From positions 1 through 58,810 of the forward strand of contig JAJRQN010000238.1 of NCBI GenBank assembly GCA_024280235.1: a DNA stretch of 58,810 bases. Direction: 5' to 3'. The stretch is from Bacteroidota bacterium (GTDB lineage Bacteria > Bacteroidota > Bacteroidia > Bacteroidales > F082). The translations under genes and the position numbers were made by a program. The first letter of the stretch is position 1. Each line of letters begins with the position of its first letter. This document shows positions 52,492-58,810 of this stretch, one piece after another. Below the pieces are notes generated by a model. That model ran no database searches and was not told where the DNA came from. It saw only the letters and a list, made by a program, of their open reading frames with translations.

Positions 52492-53841
52492 ATGTCAACT
52501 GTTTTTTCTATTAAAAAAGGACTCGACATTAAGCTGTTAGGCGATGCCGAGCGGACTGTCGTTGACCTTGAATCCCGTTTATTTGCCATCAAGCCCACTG
52601 ATTTTACAGGCTGTTTTCCAAAGATGCTGGTAAAGGAAGGCGATGAAGTGAAGGCCGGAAGTCCGTTGTTTGTTGACAAACACCGCGAAGAGATTGTTTT
52701 TACATCGCCTGTTAGTGGAAAAGTTATCAACATACGACGGGGAGCCAAAAGGAAACTTCTTGAGGTTATCATCGAATCGGACGGGAAAAATGAGTCGCTT
52801 GATTTCGGTTCTTCCGAACCTGCCCAAACAGAGCGGAAGGCCATTACGGAGAAACTACTTAAAAGTGGCCTTTGGCCTGCGATAAGGCAACGTCCCTATT
52901 CCATTATTGCCAACCCGAAAGATGAACCGAAAGCCATTTTTGTTCCGGCATTTGACACAGCCCCGCTGGCTCCCGACTTCGACCTGATGGTTCACGGACA
53001 CGGTGAAGAATTTCAGGCCGGTCTGGATGTTCTGGCAAAACTGACTTCCGGAAAAGTTTATTTGAACATTCATGTGGATAAAACTATGTCAAAGGTGTTC
53101 TTAAATGCAAAAAATGTAGAAATAAACTCTTTCAGAGGGCCACATCCTTCGGGGAATGTGAGCGTTCACATCAGCCGGCTTTCGCCTATTAACAAAGGAG
53201 AGACTGTATGGTACGTTTATCCGCAGGATATACTGACTATCGGCAGGCTGTTTATGACCGGGAAATATGATTCGACCCGGCTGGTAGCTCTTACAGGTTC
53301 GGAAGCTAAGCACCGGAAATATTTCAAAACCCATACAGGTGCCTCCATTGCCCATATGACAAAAGATAATGTGGAGAAAGGCGAACTACGCTACATTAGT
53401 GGAAATGTACTTACCGGTGAAAAAATTGATAAATCAGGATTTGTTGGGTTTTACCATTCACAGATAACTGTTATTCCCGAAGGTAACTATTATGAATTTT
53501 TCGGCTGGGCACTTCCCGGCTTTGGAAAATTCAGCATCTCGCATACTTTCCCCGCATTTCTAAGTACCGGCAAGAAATACCGTCTCGACACAAACATGCA
53601 CGGTGGTGAACGTGCGTATGTGATGACCGGGAAGTTTGAAAAGGTATTTCCTTTTGACATTTACCCTCTCCAATTAATAAAAGCTATTCTGGTAGAAGAT
53701 ATTGACCTGATGGAAAATCTGGGAATCTACGAAATAGATGCCGAGGATTTTGCCTTGTGCGAAGTGATCGACACTTCCAAAACGGAAATTCAGGATATTG
53801 TACGCAACGGACTGGAATTGATGCGTAAAGAAATGAGTTAA
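52492..53841 (+). CDS. nqrA: Na+-translocating NADH:quinone reductase subunit A
   Basis: IKKGLDI, GPHPSGNV, ISGNVLTG and EDFALC motifs; first gene of the operon. Confidence 0.95.
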   Translation: MSTVFSIKKGLDIKLLGDAERTVVDLESRLFAIKPTDFTGCFPKMLVKEGDEVKAGSPLFVDKHREEIVFTSPVSGKVINIRRGAKRKLLEVIIESDGKNESLDFGSSEPAQTERKAITEKLLKSGLWPAIRQRPYSIIANPKDEPKAIFVPAFDTAPLAPDFDLMVHGHGEEFQAGLDVLAKLTSGKVYLNIHVDKTMSKVFLNAKNVEINSFRGPHPSGNVSVHISRLSPINKGETVWYVYPQDILTIGRLFMTGKYDSTRLVALTGSEAKHRKYFKTHTGASIAHMTKDNVEKGELRYISGNVLTGEKIDKSGFVGFYHSQITVIPEGNYYEFFGWALPGFGKFSISHTFPAFLSTGKKYRLDTNMHGGERAYVMTGKFEKVFPFDIYPLQLIKAILVEDIDLMENLGIYEIDAEDFALCEVIDTSKTEIQDIVRNGLELMRKEMS

Positions 53842-53866
53842 TAATTCAGAAAATGAAAACAATCGC

Positions 53867-55015
53867 ATGAAAGCGTTAAGAAAATTTTTAGATAAACAAA
53901 AACCACATTTTCAACCGGGAGGGAAATTTGAGAAACTCCAATCTACTTTCGAAGGTTTTGAAAGTTTCCTTTTTGTTTCCAATACAGTAACCCACAGCGG
54001 AGCGCATATCCGCGATGCTATCGACATGAAACGAACCATGATATTTGTGGTCATTGGTGTTATTCCAACCCTGTTGTTTGGCATGTGGAATGTTGGATAT
54101 CAGCACTTTCTGTCCTTTGGCCAGCATCCTGATATCCTGACAAACTTTCTTTACGGATTGGGAAAAGTGTTGCCCATCATAATAGTTTCATACGGTGTAG
54201 GGTTAGGTATTGAATTTCTGTTTGCCCAAATCCGGCATCACGAAATTAATGAGGGTTACCTTGTAACCGGAATTTTGATTCCTCTGATTGTCCCTCCGGA
54301 GATTCCGTTGTGGGAACTGGCTATTGCCGTTGCCTTTGCCGTAATTTTCGGAAAAGAAGTCTTTGGAGGAACAGGCATGAACGTCTTCAACCCGGCTCTT
54401 ACTGCCCGTGCTTTTCTTTTCTTTGCCTATCCCGGAAATATGTCGGGCGAAAAAGTTTGGATTGCCGACAAGTTAGACAGCTTCTCCGGAGCTACCCCGC
54501 TGGGACAGGCTTTAGTTGGGAACTTTCACAACTTTCCCACACCACACGAAATGTTCTTCGGCTTTATTCCCGGATCTGTGGGAGAAACATCTACCTTTCT
54601 AATATTGATAGGCGCATTGTTTCTGCTTATCACAGGTATAGCGAGCTGGCGGATTATGCTGTCGGTTTTTGCCGGAGGTTTGGTGATGGGACTACTTTTC
54701 AATTTATGGGGAGCCAACCAGTACATGGAACTGCCGGCATGGGAACACATGATCATGGGAGGTTTCGCCTTTGGCGCTGTCTTTATGGCCACCGACCCGG
54801 TAACCTCGGCACAAACTGCGAAAGGAAAGTATTATTACGGATTCCTTATCGGAATGATGGCAATACTCATCAGGGTTTTCAATCCGGCTTATCCGGAAGG
54901 AATGATGCTGGCCATCCTGCTTATGAATGTATTTGCACCTTTAATCGACCACATAGTTGTGAAATCGAATATTAAAAAACGTTTAAAAAGAGCCAAATTA
55001 ATGCTCGCTGAATAA
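53867..55015 (+). CDS. nqrB: Na+-NQR subunit B
   Basis: KEVFGGTG.N.FNPAL, SGATPL (FMN Thr), PGSVGETS and FMATDPV motifs. Confidence 0.95.
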   Translation: MKALRKFLDKQKPHFQPGGKFEKLQSTFEGFESFLFVSNTVTHSGAHIRDAIDMKRTMIFVVIGVIPTLLFGMWNVGYQHFLSFGQHPDILTNFLYGLGKVLPIIIVSYGVGLGIEFLFAQIRHHEINEGYLVTGILIPLIVPPEIPLWELAIAVAFAVIFGKEVFGGTGMNVFNPALTARAFLFFAYPGNMSGEKVWIADKLDSFSGATPLGQALVGNFHNFPTPHEMFFGFIPGSVGETSTFLILIGALFLLITGIASWRIMLSVFAGGLVMGLLFNLWGANQYMELPAWEHMIMGGFAFGAVFMATDPVTSAQTAKGKYYYGFLIGMMAILIRVFNPAYPEGMMLAILLMNVFAPLIDHIVVKSNIKKRLKRAKLMLAE

Positions 55016-55031
55016 GAAAACAAAGGGAATT

Positions 55032-55769
55032 ATGTACACAAACCGATATATTTTTACCTATGCAGCCGTTCTCGTTATTGTGGCAGCCGCCCTGCTTTCA
55101 CTCGCGGCTATGCTGCTGAAACCATTTCAGGAACGAAATCTGACTATTGAGAAAATGCGCGGTATTCTGACCTCAGCTCAGGTTACACAGGCTAATGCCG
55201 GCAATGCCATTCCGCTTTTTAATAAGTACATTGTTAAAGAGCTAGTTCTCGACCCAAAGGGAAACGTACTGAATACTTATTCCAAATCACCCAAAGAAGA
55301 TGCCCCTGCTTTCAAAATAGATTTGAAAAAAGAGTATTACAACAAATCACAGAATAAACCTTATAAACTGCCACTTTACATTGCAGATAAAGATGGGAAA
55401 ACAATCTATATCATTCCCATGCGAGGTACCGGATTGTGGGGGCCAATTTGGGGAAATATAGCACTCACCTCTGATTTTAAAACTGTTATTGGTGTGTTTT
55501 TTGGTGATGCATCTGAAACACCCGGTCTCGGAGGTGAAATTACCAAACCTAAATTCCTAAATCAATTTGCGAAAAAAACCATTTTTGATGACAATGGCAA
55601 CTTCACCTCTATCAAAGTTGTAAAAGGTGGCGTGATAAAACTTCCTGAGGCCCAGCGTATTCATGGCGTGGATGCTCTTTCCGGCGCAACACTTACCAGC
55701 AACGGAGTGAATGATATGCTGCATAATGTTTTAGAAAGTTATTTACCTTATATAAAAAATCACAGATAA
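55032..55769 (+). CDS. nqrC: Na+-NQR subunit C
   Basis: GLWGPIWG, ETPGLG and DALSGATLTS (FMN Thr) motifs. Confidence 0.95.
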   Translation: MYTNRYIFTYAAVLVIVAAALLSLAAMLLKPFQERNLTIEKMRGILTSAQVTQANAGNAIPLFNKYIVKELVLDPKGNVLNTYSKSPKEDAPAFKIDLKKEYYNKSQNKPYKLPLYIADKDGKTIYIIPMRGTGLWGPIWGNIALTSDFKTVIGVFFGDASETPGLGGEITKPKFLNQFAKKTIFDDNGNFTSIKVVKGGVIKLPEAQRIHGVDALSGATLTSNGVNDMLHNVLESYLPYIKNHR

Positions 55770-55779
55770 GATTTAAGTT

Positions 55780-56433
55780 ATGAGTACAGAAAAAACAGAA
55801 CGGGAAGCTATATTCTCTCCCAAAAACATAAAACTGCTTACCGGGCCACTCAACATGAGTAACCCGATTACGGTTCAGATTCTTGGTATATGCTCTGCCC
55901 TGGCGGTAACCGTAAAGATGAAACCTGCTATCGTAATGGCTTTGGCCCTGATGGTCGTTACGGCTTTCTCCAATCTTGTGATATCTTTTTTGCGTAACGG
56001 TATTCCTCCAAGAATACGGATTATTGTCCAGCTTGTTGTTGTGGCTACCCTTGTGATTCTTGTGGATCAACTGCTGAAAGCTTTTGTTTTCGATGTAAGC
56101 AAACAACTTTCCGTTTATGTGGGACTAATTATTACCAACTGTATCATAATGGGGCGGTTAGAAGCTTTTGCCATGGCAAATAAACCCTGGCCGGCCTTTT
56201 TGGATGGGATTGGAAACGGAATGGGATATGGTCTCATCCTGATTATTGTAGCCTTTTTCAGGGAATTACTCGGTTCGGGAACACTTCTCGGCTTTCAGGT
56301 GATCCCGCAAAGCCTCTACAACGCAGGTTACGTGAATAACGGGATGATGATACTGCCACCAATGGCACTTATTACCATTGGCGTCATTATTTGGGTACAA
56401 CGTTATTATAACAGATCATTAATCGAGAAATAG
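55780..56433 (+). CDS. nqrD: Na+-NQR subunit D
   Basis: [10 protein letters not shown] and [17 protein letters not shown] motifs. Confidence 0.95.
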   Translation: MSTEKTEREAIFSPKNIKLLTGPLNMSNPITVQILGICSALAVTVKMKPAIVMALALMVVTAFSNLVISFLRNGIPPRIRIIVQLVVVATLVILVDQLLKAFVFDVSKQLSVYVGLIITNCIIMGRLEAFAMANKPWPAFLDGIGNGMGYGLILIIVAFFRELLGSGTLLGFQVIPQSLYNAGYVNNGMMILPPMALITIGVIIWVQRYYNRSLIEK

Positions 56434-56456
56434 CTAAAACTTTAAAACAACAGACT

Positions 56457-57074
56457 ATGCATGAAATAATTAACATATTTGTCAAGTCAGTCTTTATTGA
56501 CAACATGATATTTGCCTACTTCCTGGGCATGTGTTCATATCTCGCTGTTTCCAAAACCGTTGATACTTCGGTGGGACTTGGTGCTGCAGTTATTTTTGTC
56601 CTTGGCATTACCGTGCCGGTAAACTATCTGCTCAACATATATATCTTAAAACCGGGAGCATTGGCATGGCTTGATCCGGCTTTCGCCAAAGTGGATTTGA
56701 GTTTCTTAAGTTTTATTATCTTTATTGCAATCATCGCTGCCATGGTTCAACTCGTGGAAATGGCAGTAGAGAAATTTTCACCATCATTGTATAACTCACT
56801 GGGGATTTTTATTCCACTGATTGCTGTAAACTGCGCCATTCTTGGCGGTTCTTTATTCATGCAGGAACGTGATTACCAAAGCCTTGGACAGGTTACTGCC
56901 TTTGGCATTGGATCGGGTGTGGGCTGGTTTCTCGCCATTGTAGCTATTGCTGCTATTCGCGAAAAAATTCGTTACTCAAAAGTTCCTCCGGCTTTGCGCG
57001 GAATAGGAATTACATTTATTTTAACCGGACTCATGAGTATTGCCTTTATGAGTTTCATGGGAATTAAATTATAA
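56457..57074 (+). CDS. nqrE: Na+-NQR subunit E
   Basis: [12 protein letters not shown] and [16 protein letters not shown] motifs. Confidence 0.95.
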   Translation: MHEIINIFVKSVFIDNMIFAYFLGMCSYLAVSKTVDTSVGLGAAVIFVLGITVPVNYLLNIYILKPGALAWLDPAFAKVDLSFLSFIIFIAIIAAMVQLVEMAVEKFSPSLYNSLGIFIPLIAVNCAILGGSLFMQERDYQSLGQVTAFGIGSGVGWFLAIVAIAAIREKIRYSKVPPALRGIGITFILTGLMSIAFMSFMGIKL

Positions 57075-57088
57075 AAATAACAGAAAAG

Positions 57089-58348
57089 ATGACCATTATA
57101 TCAATAGGTACCGGCACTATAATGCTGCTAAGTATTGCCATTTTTTTGATTATTATTCTGCTTTTGGTGGCAATATTAAGTGTTGCGCAGGCAAAGTTGA
57201 TGCCAAAAGGAAAAGTTAAGATTAAAATTAATGATGAAAAAGAGTTGGAAGTCAATCCCGGCTCTACCTTGCTGTCAACACTTGCCAATGAAAAGATATT
57301 TCTGCCTTCAGCCTGTGGCGGTGGCGGTACCTGTGGCATGTGCCGGGTGCAGGTCAATGCGGGAGCGGGAAGTATCCTGCCTACGGAGAAAGGCTTTTTC
57401 ACACGTAAAGAGCAAATGCAAAACTGGCGGCTGGGATGTCAGGTGAAAGTGCGTGAGGAAATGGATATTACGGTAGCTCCCGAAATTTTCGGCATCAAGA
57501 AATGGGAATGCGAAGTAGTTTCAAATCATAATGTGGCCACTTTTATTAAAGAGTTTGTGGTAAAACTTCCGGAAGGAGAACACATGGACTTTCGCTCAGG
57601 CGGCTATATCCAAATTGATGTACCCAAAATCGAAATAGACTTCAAAGATATGGATATCGAAGAAGAATATCGCAGCGACTGGTATAAATTCAATATGTGG
57701 AACCTGAAGATGAAGAATCCCGAGCCGGTATATCGTGCTTATTCCATGGCCAACCATCCTGCCGAAGGCAACATCATCATGCTCAACATCCGTATTGCCA
57801 CTCCACCCTGGGATCGCAAAAGAAACGGTTTTATGAAAGTAAATCCGGGGATTTGCTCATCTTATGTCTTTTCCAGAAAGCCGGGCGACAAAGTAACCAT
57901 ATCAGGCCCTTACGGTGAATTTTTTATCAAAGATACCCATCGCGAAATGATGTTTATCGGCGGTGGTGCCGGCATGGCTCCCATGCGTTCGCACATTTTC
58001 CATCTTTTCAATACCGAACACACCGATCGCAAAGCTACTTTTTGGTATGGAGGTCGTTCGCTGAAAGAACTCTTCTATGTGGACCAGTTTGAAAAAATTC
58101 AAAAAGACAATCCGAACTTCAACTTTGAAGTGGCGCTTTCGGAACCGCTTCCTGACGATAAGTGGGAAGGCAAAACAGGATTTATCCATCAGGTGATTTT
58201 CGATTCGTATCTGAAAAATCATCCCGAGCCGGAAGAGATTGAATACTATCTTTGCGGCCCACCCATGATGATCAGTGCTGTGTTGAAAATGCTGGACGAC
58301 CTTGGTGTTCCCGAAGAGATGATTATGTTTGATGACTTTGGAAGCTGA
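57089..58348 (+). CDS. nqrF: Na+-NQR subunit F
   Basis: [33 protein letters not shown] and DDFG motifs. Confidence 0.97.
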   Translation: MTIISIGTGTIMLLSIAIFLIIILLLVAILSVAQAKLMPKGKVKIKINDEKELEVNPGSTLLSTLANEKIFLPSACGGGGTCGMCRVQVNAGAGSILPTEKGFFTRKEQMQNWRLGCQVKVREEMDITVAPEIFGIKKWECEVVSNHNVATFIKEFVVKLPEGEHMDFRSGGYIQIDVPKIEIDFKDMDIEEEYRSDWYKFNMWNLKMKNPEPVYRAYSMANHPAEGNIIMLNIRIATPPWDRKRNGFMKVNPGICSSYVFSRKPGDKVTISGPYGEFFIKDTHREMMFIGGGAGMAPMRSHIFHLFNTEHTDRKATFWYGGRSLKELFYVDQFEKIQKDNPNFNFEVALSEPLPDDKWEGKTGFIHQVIFDSYLKNHPEPEEIEYYLCGPPMMISAVLKMLDDLGVPEEMIMFDDFGS

Positions 58349-58349
58349 C

Positions 58350-58420
58350 GGATGTTTGGATGTGAGGATGTGTTATTAGTCAATAGTCATTTATAATTCA
58401 TCATTACGTCATTCATAATT
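58350..58420 (+). repeat. Degenerate 8-mer and 7-mer tandem repeats
   Basis: GGATGTTT GGATGTGA GGATGTGT, then (C/A)ATT-based 7-mers. Confidence 0.5.
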
Positions 58421-58442
58421 TCTCCCCATATCTGTCCTTAGG

Positions 58443-58494
58443 CTCATTCGGATTTGCAATCCGAATGTCAGGAATAAAAGGATTTTAAATCCGA
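58443..58494. repeat. REP family C doublet
   Basis: CATTCGGATT-TGC-AATCCGAATG hairpin followed by GGATTTTAAATCC. Confidence 0.7.
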
Positions 58495-58721
58495 TGAAAC
58501 ATCCATAATTGGTTTAAAACACACAAGGGAATGATTGTCCCCCAAAAAATAATCATCGGATTTAACGGATGTTTCTCGCTTGCGAAAAACCAAAATCCGC
58601 TTAATCCGTTTAATCCGATGATAAATAAATATATATTATTAGATAACAGTTAATTACAAAATTATAAACAGATGAAACATCCATGACCCCGCTTAAAGCG
58701 GGAACACACAGGAGAATGATT
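58494..58721. repeat. Repeat family A, inverted copy plus the start of a tandem second unit
   Basis: 58494-58674 matches the reverse complement of 1-214; atgaaacatccat...aacacaca..gaatgatt recurs at 58672-58721. Confidence 0.9.
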
Positions 58722-58810
58722 ATAATGCAAACCTGAACAAATGGGAAAAATATTATGTTAAATAGAGCCTATAAAATACTGAATATCAATACCAAAAAAT
58801 TATAAACACA

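Noticed and set aside
54310-54975. 221-aa alternate-frame ORF inside nqrB
   Set aside because: Fully overlaps a conserved gene, has atypical Arg/Cys-rich composition and no expression signals.

Overview
A 58.8 kb chromosomal segment from a Bacteroidota bacterium, probably an anaerobic or facultative Bacteroidales-type organism. Support: TAnnTTTG promoter motifs, A-rich starts without Shine-Dalgarno sites, a short RpoD, T9SS genes, PFOR and Na+-NQR. Most of it is housekeeping: tRNA-Met, nfo, clpS-nfeD-floA, gap, rpoD, degP, dapF, hemH, gdhA, nifJ, panB, a long RSH, the T9SS plug and nqrABCDEF. The main accessory block is an AT-rich type III restriction-modification island (mod-yhcG/DUF1016-res, about 27.4-33.6 kb). 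It is bracketed by degenerate 11-bp tandem-repeat arrays and preceded by a 160-bp MITE with a TTA duplication. Its mod gene has a single in-frame TAG just before the DPPY motif. A T9SS-cargo beta-helix gene has a single in-frame TGA. The intergenic DNA holds several families of non-coding repeats: a ~180-215 bp element inverted at the two window ends, a ~220 bp REP-like element, a GGATT..AATCC REP family, and 30-bp direct repeats around a 5'-nucleotidase gene. Many repeat copies carry tiny (15-31 bp) palindromes inserted into them. No CRISPR array, transposase, integrase or phage gene was seen. All family assignments come from motif recognition by eye, not database searches.
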